A stretch of 64,000 nt of DNA from an uncultured Acidobacteriota bacterium (GCA_963836435.1 CAWIJI010000006.1:62956-126955), one strand, 5' to 3'; positions 19,529-29,978 are shown, numbered from the stretch's first letter. Numbers and translations: made by a program. Notes: a model not told the origin generated them from the letters alone.

Positions 19529-19942
19529 TTAAACCTTTCCCCAGTCTTCCCAATCGAGCCCCTTCACGCGGCTGAACTCTCTCGCGTTTGCGGTTACGAG
19601 CGTCACCCTGTGGCGTAGCGCCTGCCCTGCCATCAACAAATCGTAAGCACCGATGGGGCGGCCTGCTGATTCCAAAGACGCACGCACTGCCCCAGCCGTC
19701 TTAGCGTCTTCTTCCTCGAAGTTCATCAAAACCATCGGCCCTGAAAAAAACGTTCGCAGTCGGTCACGGTTTTGTTCCTTTTGAGTGCTCTTTTCGGCTC
19801 CGTACCAGAGTTCGAAAGCAGCGATCGAGGATACGTGCACAATATCTCCCGTATTAATTGCCTTTTGAAACCGGCTGCGTACGTTGGCAGGCTTACCGTT
19901 AATTAAAGCGATACACGCATTCGTATCGAGGAGATACCTCAA
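19529..19942 (-). CDS. vapC: type II toxin-antitoxin system VapC-family toxin (PIN domain)
   Basis: Begins (M/L)[13 protein letters not shown] with a TTG start. Classic VapC acidic residues are present. Confidence 0.85.
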   Translation of the reverse strand: MRYLLDTNACIALINGKPANVRSRFQKAINTGDIVHVSSIAAFELWYGAEKSTQKEQNRDRLRTFFSGPMVLMNFEEEDAKTAGAVRASLESAGRPIGAYDLLMAGQALRHRVTLVTANAREFSRVKGLDWEDWGKV

Positions 19943-20178
19943 TCGAATATCTCACGACGTGGCGGCGCTGGTTGCTTGCGGTTCCCTTTCTTCATGAACT
20001 CGCCCTTGAATTGATCAAGTTTGCCGAACCATTGACGGACATCTGTCAGCTTCGGCTCAAGAAGTACTCCATTACCCACTTGGCGGATGAGAACCTCATC
20101 CCCTTCAAACCGAAACTCACGAGGGAGCCGAACAGCTTGGCTACGACCGTTTCGAAACAGTTTTGCAGTTTTCGACAC
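19939..20178 (-). CDS. vapB: VapB antitoxin (AbrB/MazE/SpoVT fold)
   Basis: ...[41 protein letters not shown]... overlapping the vapC start. The start is moved to the in-frame GTG (V17 of the ORF-track translation). Confidence 0.75.
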   Translation of the reverse strand: MSKTAKLFRNGRSQAVRLPREFRFEGDEVLIRQVGNGVLLEPKLTDVRQWFGKLDQFKGEFMKKGNRKQPAPPRREIFD

Positions 20179-20385
20179 AGGCACTCCTATGGTCGATATA
20201 TACCACAAATATATACCAGAACGCATCTTTGAGCAGCAAGTCGACCGAACTTTGAAGCATCGCGCCTCGCCCGACTTCTGGGCTTGTTTCTCCGCATTAC
20301 CTCAACACATCCAAGAACAGGCGCGAAAGAATTTCGAATTACTCAAACAGGATCTTCGGGCTGTGCCACCGCGTCTTTGGTAACT

Positions 20386-20700
20386 ATTGTGCGTACCGTA
20401 TCAGCACTTTTCCCATCGGCCCTTCGGCGAGCCGGGCGAAGGCGGCCGGAAGCTGATCGAAGGAAAACACATGGTCAATGAGCGGCCTCGCTCCGGTCTT
20501 GTTGAGAAGACCCAGCGATGCGTTCCAGGCCTGACGGCTCTCCGAATTCGTGTAGGCGCCGACGGCGACACCGCCGATGCGCAGGCGGCGGAAGAACAGC
20601 GTCGCGGTGTTGAATTGCGGGGCTTCACCGGCCAGACGCCCGACGACGCTGATGCGTCCATGGTCGGAACATAGCCAGTTAAGAGGCCGGTCGAGAGTAT
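20386..20700 (-). pseudogene. MDR-family Zn-dependent oxidoreductase (quinone oxidoreductase-like), C-terminal fragment
   Basis: The minus-strand translation ends ...NASLGLLNKTGARPLIDHVFSFDQLPAAFARLAEGPMGKVLIRYAQ*. The 5' part of the gene is replaced by repeat copy B at 20740. Confidence 0.45.
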
Positions 20701-20739
20701 CGGCTTGTAGAAACCGGGATTTCGGTGTCGTATAAGAGC

Positions 20740-20830
20740 GATTACGTTAAGTTGGGGTGCATCACCCTGAAGGATGGTCTCCGAGGCGGGCCGGGCAGGC
20801 CGCTATTTTCCGGGCTGGCGGCCGAACAAC
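20740..20830. repeat. structured repeat family, copy B
   Basis: Same core as copy A, with the upstream extension tgtcgtataagagcgattac shared with copy D. Confidence 0.6.
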
Positions 20831-20854
20831 CGATACTCCCCGCGATCATCCGTG

Positions 20855-21370
20855 ATCCTGGGAGCCGGAACGACAAAGGCTGTCGCGGCCGACACTGCCA
20901 GAAGGCTGAACAATGGCCCACACGCTCGCATTGGCCAGCAAATTTCCGTCCGCATCACGCACGCGGCCTGAAATCGCCCCGCCACGAACCCACGACAGGG
21001 AGACATCGGCGGCCGGCGGCCGCGGATCGACCGTCACCGTTTGAGTAACGAAGGCCGGATAGACTCCGTTTGAGAGCGCGCCGAAATAACCTTCCAGCTC
21101 CGTCCCGAGGCCGCGGCGGCCTCATGTCGGTGTTCCGCGAGAATTGGCGGATCCAGACACAATGTGGCACGATGTCCCCCACGAAGGAGGGATCTCCCTG
21201 AACTCCAACTCCGGCTCTAATTGCTGAAAGGGTTCCGCCTCACCGAAAAGAATACGCCGTCCCCCAAAGATCGACGGTTCCGTCTGGGCCACTCTATAAC
21301 GGAACACCCGTTATACCGCCCCATCGGTCATACTCTCTCGACACCGCGGTTAAACCGCTTATCCGTCCTA
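20855..21370. repeat. segmental duplication copy 1 (about 510 bp, near-identical to 24233-24745)
   Basis: Aligns base-for-base with 24233-24745 apart from a few mismatches. It contains a CarboxypepD_reg N-terminal remnant (MTVDPRPPAADVSLSWVRGGAISGRVRDADGN). Confidence 0.75.
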
Positions 21371-21382
21371 CAGGCTCCTAGA

Positions 21383-22932
21383 CTAGAAGGCCGTAACGTC
21401 AATCGACCGTCGACCGAGTTCCTCAATTCTCACAGCCTGACCTTTATCTTCGAAGTCTCTAAGAAACAGCTCATTGCGGTAAGCGGCTCCTGCAAGTTCA
21501 CTCCATGCGAACAAGTGATAGGAACCGGGCGCTATACCGCGAAGCTGATACCGCCCGTTGATATCGCTGACAATTGACCGATACAAAACCCCTGCCGATC
21601 GAAGCGGAGCATCAGGCACTAGGGCAACAACAGCGTTTGATAGTTTCTCACCGCTCGAGTTGCGTACCAGCCCCTCGATGACACTGCCCGGCGTGCGAAG
21701 CACGATCTTGAGTTCGGTATCCGTCGTCAACTGCAGACCAGCCGCACGCACATCTTGTCTGTCAGCCTGCGCAGATTCGACATAGGCATCCGGCGGCATA
21801 CCGACAATCTCCAGTTCATAGAGCGCCGGCGAGAATAGCCCGCCAAAGCAACTATAATTCGTGAAAGCTCCGACTCTTTCGGCATGTGGGGCGTCCGTGT
21901 AGAGCTTGCACAGCAGGTCAGGAGGGTCGGAATGGTTGCCGGACGCATCCTCTAATTCAAGGCCCCCTGTTATGCGTAACCCGGGTGACACAGGTATATC
22001 TACCTTGACGTCAGCGTTTCCCACATCGAACGTGGCATGACCGTAATATAGCTCGGCGCTGCCCGCCACGGCGAAAACCTGATCATACCGCCCAAGAGTC
22101 AGTTCCACTGAGGTGCGACCTGGCCCCAGGGTCAGGTCCAGGTTGGGCAAAGCGACCAAAAACGAGCGAGCGATAGTTTCTCCCAGATCTTTTCCATCCG
22201 TGTCGAGAAAACGAAAACTAACCTTCACTGGATTCTGCACCGGCGCAGGCAGCGTGATAGTTGAGAGGCGCATCTCCTCGCCGGCATTTACATGGATGGG
22301 CTGCGCCAGACTTTCGTCCTCTGTTCCCGGATAAAACAGGCGCACCCGACCGACGCGCCCAGAAACGTAGTAGTCTCCTGGCTGTAATCCATAAAGGCGA
22401 TAGGTTCCGCGATCATCCATGCGCCCAAACACTCCGGAGTGTCGGTCACCACCGGCACGCTAATAAGCTTTCGTTTGCCGTGTTCGTCATAGCCGGAACG
22501 AAACAAGTCGACCTTCGCTTGCGTGCCTGGAAACACTTTGCCATTGGAATCCATGACCTGTCCGGTAATGACGGCCTCTCGGCTCATCCGAAGTTCCACA
22601 TCCTGAACAGGTTCAGAAGAAAGTTCCACCCACACCCCCGGTTCACTAGGGAACTTTAGGGCCGCGGGCCTCGAATAAACCATACCGTTACGGGCGGGCC
22701 TGAAGAAGTACCGACCGGGAGGAACGTCAACCGTAAAGTGTCCAGCGGAATCCGTCAGAGCCTGGTAACTGTACCCCGATGAAACAGCGGAGACAGACAC
22801 GCCTTCGAGCGGCAGACCTTTGTCGGCCTCGACAACGACTCCTTGAACTGAACGGATGGTTTGCGCGAAGTTGGATCGCGGCAGCATGAAAATCGCAGTC
22901 GTCAACGTAACTATGAAAATAACTAACCGCAA
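21383..22932 (-). pseudogene. secreted CarboxypepD_reg-like protein (paralog of 424..2010) disrupted by a frameshift near 22400-22440
   Basis: The N-terminal ORF 22288..22932 has a signal peptide and the motif ...DLFRSGYDEHGKRKLISVP.... The C-terminal ORF 21383..22432 has ...DDRGTYRLYGLQPGDYYVSGRV.... The two are collinear with the 424..2010 protein but lie in different frames. Confidence 0.6.
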
Positions 22933-22994
22933 ACTTCCTCCTGGTCACATGGGCTACAATTCACGTTGGTGCCGCCAACTTGAGCGTCTAAATC

Positions 22995-24235
22995 AACACG
23001 ATAAAATCTTAAATGTACTTTCCAAACCGGACAGGCGTGAGTTTGGCGCGGTCGCAACTAACTTCATCATAGAGATCAACTTGTCTAACATCTCATGGAT
23101 CACACTATCCGTGAATTTATTGGTATGGAATGCTCCTCCAACATTTATTGAGCCGTCCCTGAAATCAAGACACAAGATCCTTAAGGGGCGCGGAAACTCA
23201 GGAAGGTGATCAAGCAACCCCATGCGGCTAATGGTTAGATCATTAACTACATCGGGATTCTCGTTCGTCATCAATTCACATGTTACGACCGGGGTTGAGA
23301 ACTCTTGGATAACGTCTGTTTTCGCCGGGTCGACTGCCGTATTATGAGGTCGCTTAGCATACTCCATGGCATCTCTTGAAAAATACTTGCCTCGGATATG
23401 GCATCCTTAACTCGCACGGTAATGTCTCCTAAGGTTTCACGCGATGAAATATCGACTCCCAGGACGCGGAAAGTCGAAAAATCGCCAATCAACAATTCAG
23501 TATGCCTCTGATCGCGATTTGCAAAATAGACGCCAAACGTGGACTCGTGGAATTGCCGACCAAAGATGAAATAGACAGACCGTAGCGGTGGCGAGCACGG
23601 TATACAAAGTCGACTTGTTGCCTGCAATGGCGTTGCGAAGATTCTCGCAGTCGAAGCTTGAAAGTGCTTTCCGTATGACTCTCCCACTCCCATTTCGGTC
23701 TGCTGGTCTTGAATAGAAAGACCGAATCCGGTCGCCCCTACTATGGTCGGTGATCGCCTGATTTCGTTTCGCAGCTGGGCTAGAGGTAGCGCCTCTTGGC
23801 TGATTGAAGGAAACAATATACCGCTTCGGGCCACTTCCGGAATCGATACAATGGGATCAGGATTTTGGAGCGATCGTAACTCAACGATTCTCGCGGCAAG
23901 TGTCTTGATAGTTGGCGTTTTTGAGAATTGCGCCGGGCTCACACTCACGGCAAAGTGTTCTTCCACGAGGTGAAGAAGTTGCGTGAGAAGCAAAGAGTCG
24001 CCCTCAAGTTCCCAGAACCCGTCGTCGCCCCCCAGTTGATCCTTCTTCAGTATTTCTTCCCAGATTCGCGCAAGCTTGAACTCTTCAGGCGTACTACAAG
24101 GTTTGTAGGCCGCATCCAAATTGGGGCGACTCCGACTCTCGGCAGGCAAGGCCGCTGTATTCACCTTGCCATTAAAACCTCGGGGGATCTCGTTCAGAAC
24201 AATGAAGGAAGCGGGAATCATGTGACTTGGAAGTC
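22995..24235 (-). pseudogene. decayed NRPS fragment: adenylation-domain A10 motif, a PCP (thiolation) domain, and condensation-domain pieces
   Basis: A10-like motif LPSHMIPASFIVLNEIPRGFNGKVNTAALP. PCP core DDGFWELEGDSLLLTQL with the Ser attachment site. A C-domain segment FGVYFANRDQRHTELLIGDFSTFRVLGVDIS...ASIFQEMPWSML. The C-domain C-terminus (HTNKFTDSVIHEMLDKL) lies in another frame, so the gene has internal deletions and frameshifts. Confidence 0.55.
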
Positions 24236-24745
24236 TGGGAGCCGGAACGACAAAGGCTGTCGCGGCCGACACTGCCAGAAGGCTGAACAATGGCCCACAC
24301 GCTCGCATTGGCCAGCAATTTCCGTCCGCATCACGCACGCGGCCTGAAATCGCCCCGCCACGAACCCACGACAGGGAGACATCGGCGGCCGGCGGCCGCG
24401 GATGGACCGTCACCGTTTGAGTAACGAAGGCCGGATAGACTCCGTTTGAGAGCGCGCCGAAATAACCTTCCAGTTCCGTCCCGAGGCCGCGGCGGCCTCA
24501 TGTCGGTGTTCCGCGAGAATTGGCGGATCCAGACACAATGTCGCACGATGTCCCCCACGAAGGAGGGATCTCCCTGAACTCCAACTCCGGCTCTAATTGC
24601 TGAAAGGGTTCCGCCTCACCGAAAAGAATACGCCGTCCCCCAAAGATCGACGGTTCCGTCTGGGCCACTCTATAACGGAACACCCGTTATACCGCCCCAT
24701 CGGTCATACTCTCGACACCGCGGTTAAACCGCTTAGACATCGGCC
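24233..24745. repeat. segmental duplication copy 2 (see 20855-21370)
   Basis: Near-identical to 20855-21370. Here its CarboxypepD remnant is fused in-frame to the NRPS fragment. Confidence 0.75.
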
Positions 24746-24786
24746 TTCTCGCATTCATGCTTCGACAGGGGATGCCTGGCTTCAGG

Positions 24787-25326
24787 CTAGGGAATAACCT
24801 CAGCAGCGAGCAGGTTCTCGAGCACGGCGGTTTCACTGATTCCCTCTTTACGTGCCAGTGCTCGCAGCCGCTCAATCGAGCGTGGCGTCAAGCGGAATGT
24901 CTTGGGTACTTTTTTTTCGCCCACCGGTTTCACACGGCGATCACTCAACGGAATGTCCGCCCAAAGCCTGATCTTTGCGTAAGGAACTCCCCTGAATTCG
25001 TTTCCGTCGGCTTTGGAAGCCCGGAGATTGGCGACAACATGCGCCAGATCCTTGTGTCGTTCGGGGTCCAGATCGAAGTGGCGGCCCAGGCGAAGAACCG
25101 CAGCGGGCAGGACTTCCAGAATTCGAGGCTCCACATGCTCCCCCGCCCACAACGCATCATCGAGCCTCAGTCGCTTGTTCGGTTCCGGGCGCAGAGGCAG
25201 GTTCGTCTTGAGAAGACCCTTGGCAACAAGGAACCCCATCGTGTCCAGATAACGCGGATCTTTCCGATTGTTCTCGTCCGTTTTGGCCCGCTTTCGAATC
25301 TGGGCCAGAAGCGCCGCTCGATTCAT
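24787..25326 (-). CDS. hypothetical protein with C-terminal ribbon-helix-helix-like segment
   Basis: The C-terminus KKVPKTFRLTPRSIERLRALARKEGISETAVLENLLAAE resembles an RHH/CopG-like segment. The gene is translationally coupled (ATGA) to the upstream gene. Confidence 0.4.
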   Translation of the reverse strand: MNRAALLAQIRKRAKTDENNRKDPRYLDTMGFLVAKGLLKTNLPLRPEPNKRLRLDDALWAGEHVEPRILEVLPAAVLRLGRHFDLDPERHKDLAHVVANLRASKADGNEFRGVPYAKIRLWADIPLSDRRVKPVGEKKVPKTFRLTPRSIERLRALARKEGISETAVLENLLAAEVIP

Positions 25327-25823
25327 GCGAACTCCTCCAACGTGCCTCCATGTTTGACGATCCGATCCACCAGCGAAGGGAATTGATTCGAAGCAATTGC
25401 CTGACGCAGCAGTTGACGATTCTTCTGTGGCGCCTTCACAGCCTTGCTGACCAGCGCCGACTCGGGATCTAGAACTTCGACTGTCAGGTGTGGAAGGTCC
25501 ATCAATAACAAAAACTTGGCGCCATCCGGAATCCAGATGAGATGACTGTCCTCGTCATAGACAAGCCCGTCGTTTCTCAAGAGCACCTTCAATTCTTCTT
25601 TGACCAGGTAATCCATGACGAGCTCTGCATCAACGTCTACGGTTTGCGTCAAGGCGAGAGAAACCGACTCCTGAACCAGCAAACTAATTTGCCCGAGAAG
25701 CCGAATCCTTGACTTCGGCAAAGGAACCAATCCGTCCATCCGCAGTTTGTGGTTCATCGCCTCGATTCGAGCATCCAAGGCTTGAAACAGTGAAAGAAAG
25801 CGGTCCCTGTGCGACTCCATCAT
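25323..25823 (-). CDS. hypothetical protein (possible nucleotidyltransferase-fold), first gene of a two-gene module
   Basis: A 166-aa protein with a ...LTQTVDVDAELVMDYLV... segment that is weakly reminiscent of minimal nucleotidyltransferase motifs. No confident family assignment. Confidence 0.35.
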   Translation of the reverse strand: MMESHRDRFLSLFQALDARIEAMNHKLRMDGLVPLPKSRIRLLGQISLLVQESVSLALTQTVDVDAELVMDYLVKEELKVLLRNDGLVYDEDSHLIWIPDGAKFLLLMDLPHLTVEVLDPESALVSKAVKAPQKNRQLLRQAIASNQFPSLVDRIVKHGGTLEEFA

Positions 25824-25966
25824 TTAAGTCATTGCATTTAAACATATTTAAATCGTACATACAATGACTATTTTGGGAAAATCGCAGTCGGGTGAATTCG
25901 ATGGGGACGCCCCAAAGACCTCGAAGACGCCTGCGATGTCCTGCGGTCCAGGGGGACGATCTCGAA

Positions 25967-26221
25967 ATGAAATATATAAAGAGGTGGTGCCAGGAGCAGG
26001 GCACACTCGAATCGGCAAAGTTGACGACCACCGTCGAACGGGTCACGACCGAGAACCTCAAGGCAGGATTCATTTTGAAAGTGGATGCAGACACCACGAT
26101 CCGCCTGGCGCGATATTCGGGGATTGGGCGTCTCGACAGCGCGCCGCAATTTCGGCGTGTCGTGCCAATTCCGGTTGAACCTCCGGCCGGCATGGAAGGT
26201 CTTTCAAGGAGACAAACATGA
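25967..26221 (+). CDS. hypothetical small protein
   Basis: MKYIKRWCQEQGTLESAKLTTTVERVTTENLKAGFILKVDADTTIRLARYSGIGRLD... The start is chosen at an internal Met. No family assignment. Confidence 0.2.
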   Translation: MKYIKRWCQEQGTLESAKLTTTVERVTTENLKAGFILKVDADTTIRLARYSGIGRLDSAPQFRRVVPIPVEPPAGMEGLSRRQT

Positions 26222-26586
26222 GCGTCCCCTTCGGCAATCTCGCGACCCTGGTCTTCTTTCTGATTCTCGTCCGAGTGTGGTTTCGGTTCGCCCCAAGGTT
26301 CCTGTCACGTTCATCGCCATGTGGATCGTGCTGTACTTCACGGCTCCCCTGTTGCCGAAAGTCCATATTCCGTTCGGGTTGTACGTCTGCTTCCTGGCGC
26401 TCGCTCTGCTGCTGGTGGAGCGCGTGAAATCCACACCCTGGCACAAATGACACTGGCGCTGAATTCGTCCTACGCCGCGGGTCTCCGCATCGACACTCAC
26501 TCAGCCCTTCTCTCCTCAATGAAGACCCGGGGACGCCGCGACAATCCTCGGCCACCTCGCCGAGTACTTCGGGAAAGAGACGCAGG

Positions 26587-26730
26587 ATGACAAACCCCAC
26601 GACGACCGCAGAGCCTGACTTCGAAAAAATCGAAAGAACCTGCCCGAATTGCGGGGCACGTCTCGAAGAGCGCAAGTGCGAGCTCAAGTGCCCCGTCTGC
26701 TCTTATTTCAAGTCCTGCAGCGACTATTGA
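26587..26730 (+). CDS. 47-aa zinc-ribbon protein (CxxC-x12-CxxC)
   Basis: MTNPTTTAEPDFEKIERTCPNCGARLEERKCELKCPVCSYFKSCSDY. Two CxxC pairs are spaced as in a zinc ribbon. It is below the ORF-track length cutoff, so coordinates were derived by hand. Confidence 0.35.
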   Translation: MTNPTTTAEPDFEKIERTCPNCGARLEERKCELKCPVCSYFKSCSDY

Positions 26731-26900
26731 AGGAGGGCTGACGCACCGCTATCGTGCGAGCCCCTGAATTCGAGCACGTCTTCCGGGAACACCATCACAT
26801 GGTGTACCGGACCGCCTAGGGCATCATGGGAACGCCGAAGATGCGGAGGACGTGGTTCAGGCCATCTTTCTCCGGCGTGCCGAATTCCGGCCTGATACTC

Positions 26901-28301
26901 CTACCTGGCGCGCGCGGCGCACGCCTCACCGACCAGCCAGGTTCGCCAACCCTGAACAAGGCCCTGGATTTCGGAGTCGCCGGGGCCCAGAGGGCGATTG
27001 GCACGACGACAGGCGCGATCGCGGAGGGCCGCCGGTTCAATGTGCCACGTGTAGTATCGCGCGAGAGGCTCGTTAGAGTCGGATGCCAGCGTGACGAGGT
27101 CGCCGTCGGGAGTGAACCGGTTGGCAAGCGTTTCTCTCGGGATTGCCCGCTGGGTGACATCTTCCAGCGAGCCGATGACTTCGTGGGTTGCACGACTCTG
27201 GAGCGTGAGCGTGGTTTTCAGTTCGCAGCCGGGCGCGAGAACTGCGTCTTCACACCCGGATGATTGCTCCGACACCGTGGCGGTAATCTGCCCATTCGGG
27301 CTGACAGCTTCCTTTTCGGCAGCTTCCGAGGCGACAACGGCTTCGGCCTTTTCGTCAGACGCGGCCCGCTCAACCAGCGGCGCGCCCTTAACGTCCCACA
27401 CCATGACCTTGCCCTGGGCGTCCGCAGTTGCAAGCATGCTGTTGTCCGCACTGAATTGCAGAAACTGCGGCGCTCCGGCATGGCCCGTGAGGCGCAGAGG
27501 CTTGAGCAGGCCAAGTTGGAAACGGAGGTCCTCTTCCTCGATGAGGTTGTCTCCTTCGCGAATCAGTTGGAAGAGATTCCGGCGCTCCGAGACATTGGTC
27601 AGGAGAACATCCGTTCCATCCTGCGATGCGAGATACGCCGCGTCAAAACTCAGCTTGTGCAGGTAACCGTTGACCGGTGCTGTCAGGACCTGGAGCGGCC
27701 GGCGCTCCGGGACGCCCAGGGACAAGTCCCATTCCGATGTCGTGCTGTCCGCCATGATCGCAATCAGGAACTGCCCGGAGGCGTCGAAAGCGACGTCCTG
27801 GCTTTCCTGGTAGTAGAACTGCCGGGTATTGCAGTCGGCCGTATCGACGACGTAGATCCGGCCGGATCCCGTGGCCAGCGCAAGGCGTCGTCCGTCCGCC
27901 GAGAAGCGTATCGCCAGGATCGGGGAATTCCAGATATCGCCGCAGCGGCGTCCCGCGCCCCTGGCGAACAGCTTGAACTCGCTACTGGGCCGGTCACCGT
28001 CACGTAGTGCGACAACATAGAGCCCTCCATGGCGGCTTACCGCGACACCGGTGATGGTTTGGTTGCCACTATAGAGTTGCTCGGGCTCGGGGGAGGCCTG
28101 GGCGAGATCGAGCGAAACCAGCTTGTGCTCGCGTTCGGTCGAAAGAACGGCTAAAAGGCGTTCCGTTGCGGGATAGAAGTGGAGGTCGGTGACTTGTCCC
28201 GAATGGAGCGCGATCGGGGCGCGGCTCAAACGATTCGCTTCGAGGTCGTAGACCAGGATCGACGGTTCCGCGCATCCTGCAGGCCTGCAGCCCGCGACGG
28301 C
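26901..28301 (-). pseudogene. WD40 beta-propeller portion of an IS-split TIR-TM-WD40 gene
   Basis: WD40 blades are present (e.g. GHAGAPQFLQFSADNSMLATADAQGKVMVWDV). The open frame runs up to the IS1182 left inverted repeat at 28302 with no start codon. It is collinear and apparently in frame with the 29979..30905 fragment on the far side of the IS. Confidence 0.6.
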
Positions 28302-29978
28302 TAGGAGCCTGTAGGGGATAGATTTCTAGATTTCGATCAAAAACGGGACCAGTGTTGACGGGCGGGCAGGTAAAAGACGAAGGCATGACCAAATGCTTTG
28401 TTGATGACGAAATCGATCAGATATTGATGATGCCGCCGTCGCTGCACGATTGGCTCCCGGAAGACCATTTGGCGCGATTCGTGGCGGATTTGGTGCCGAG
28501 CCTAGATCTGTCGGCGTTCTACGCTTCCTATGAAGAGAAAGATGGACGAGGCAATGCTGCCTATCATCCGGTGATGATGGTGCGGTTGCTGGTCTATGGC
28601 TACTGCATCGGAGTCGTGAGTTCGCGGCAGATCGAGAAACGGACATACGAGGATGTGGCGTTCCGGTATTTGAGCGCGGATGAACATCCGCACTACACGA
28701 CGATCAACGAATTTCGGAAACGGCATTTGAAAGCATTGGAGGGATTGTTCCTGCAGGTGCTGGAGCTATGTCAGGCAGCGGGTCTGGTGAAGATGGGGCA
28801 TGTGGCCCTGGACGGGACGAAGAAGCAGGCGAACGCCAGCAAGCACAAGGCGATGAGCTATGGGCGGATGGGAGAAGCGGAAGAAAGGCTCAGAGCGCAG
28901 GTGAAGGAACTGCTCGATCGCGCTGAAGCCGTCGACGCGGCCGAAGATGAAATGGAGCGGCAAGGTTACAGCGACAAGTTGCCTGCGGAATTGGCGCGGC
29001 GGGAGAGCCGGTTGAAAAAAATCGCCGAGGCGAAGGCGGCGCTGGAAGCGGAAGCGCGGCGGAAAGCGGAAGAGAAGAAAGCTCAAGCCGAGGCGCGAAT
29101 TGCCGAGCGGCAGCAGCAGGAGCAGGAGACGGGAAAGAAGATCGGCGGGCGGGCGCCGCAGATTCCCGATCCGGAGCAGGCCAAGCCAGAGGATTGCGCG
29201 CAACGCAATTTCACCGATCCTGACAGCCGGATTATGGTCGACGGAGCGAACAAAGGCAGCTTCGTACAAGCCTACAACGCGCAGATCGCGGTGGATGCCG
29301 AAGCGCAAATCATCGTTGCCGCCGACGTCACGCAGGAAGTCAACGACAAGCAGCAATTGGCGCCGATGTTCGAGCAGGTCGAAAAGAATACAGGAGCCAA
29401 ACCAGTGGCGGGCAGCGCCGATAATGGTTATTGGGCTCCAGAACAAATTGCCGACAAGCACGTCGAAGGCATCGATCTCCACATAGCCACCGGGCGGGAT
29501 AAGCATGGAGCATCGGAGCAAACCGCGCCGTCAGCGGAGTCCGCAAAAGCGGCGACAGCTCTGGAGCAGATGAAGCAGAAACTGCAAACGGAGGCGGGGC
29601 GCGCCATTTACAAAATGCGCAAGGCGATCGTCGAACCAGTGTTTGGCCAGATCAAGGAATGCCGTCATTTTCGACGCTTCAGTCTTCGAGGCTTGGAAAA
29701 CGTCAGAGCGGAGTGGAAACTTGTCTGCGCGACACACAACCTTCTGAAGTTATTTCGATCGGGACGCGGATTTCAGGCTGCGGCGGCATGAAGAGGATGC
29801 AGGAACCTCAGAAAACATGATGAGACCGAACTTCTCTCGCCAGTCTCCCCGTGTTCTCGTGCGTCAAGCCTCAAACGCAATGTCGACGGTTCCCGAACGG
29901 CGACCTGCGGAATTTTTCGACACGGAAAATTTCGAATTTTGGGAACGGCGACCTGCCTTATCCCCTACAGGCTCCTAG
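28302..29978 (+). mobile_element. IS1182-family (IS5-like) insertion sequence with about 20-bp terminal inverted repeats
   Basis: Perfect inverted repeats CTAGGAGCCTGTAGGGGATA at 28302-28321 and its reverse complement at 29959-29978. Between them lies a single transposase gene. Confidence 0.75.
28385..29791 (+). CDS. IS1182-family transposase (DDE)
   Basis: N-terminal MTKCFVDDEIDQILMMPPSLHDWLPEDHLARFV... and the DDE region (...VALDGTKKQANASKHKAMSY...FVQAYNAQIAVDAEAQII...) are typical of IS1182-family transposases. The start is taken at M12 of the ORF-track translation. Confidence 0.8.
   Translation: MTKCFVDDEIDQILMMPPSLHDWLPEDHLARFVADLVPSLDLSAFYASYEEKDGRGNAAYHPVMMVRLLVYGYCIGVVSSRQIEKRTYEDVAFRYLSADEHPHYTTINEFRKRHLKALEGLFLQVLELCQAAGLVKMGHVALDGTKKQANASKHKAMSYGRMGEAEERLRAQVKELLDRAEAVDAAEDEMERQGYSDKLPAELARRESRLKKIAEAKAALEAEARRKAEEKKAQAEARIAERQQQEQETGKKIGGRAPQIPDPEQAKPEDCAQRNFTDPDSRIMVDGANKGSFVQAYNAQIAVDAEAQIIVAADVTQEVNDKQQLAPMFEQVEKNTGAKPVAGSADNGYWAPEQIADKHVEGIDLHIATGRDKHGASEQTAPSAESAKAATALEQMKQKLQTEAGRAIYKMRKAIVEPVFGQIKECRHFRRFSLRGLENVRAEWKLVCATHNLLKLFRSGRGFQAAAA

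Noticed and set aside
20087-20383. 98-aa ORF opposite vapB (possible HigB/RelE-like toxin?)
   Set aside because: The first third overlaps vapB antisense. The remainder ([18 protein letters not shown]...[21 protein letters not shown]) has no convincing toxin motifs. It is left unannotated and mentioned only in the TA finding.
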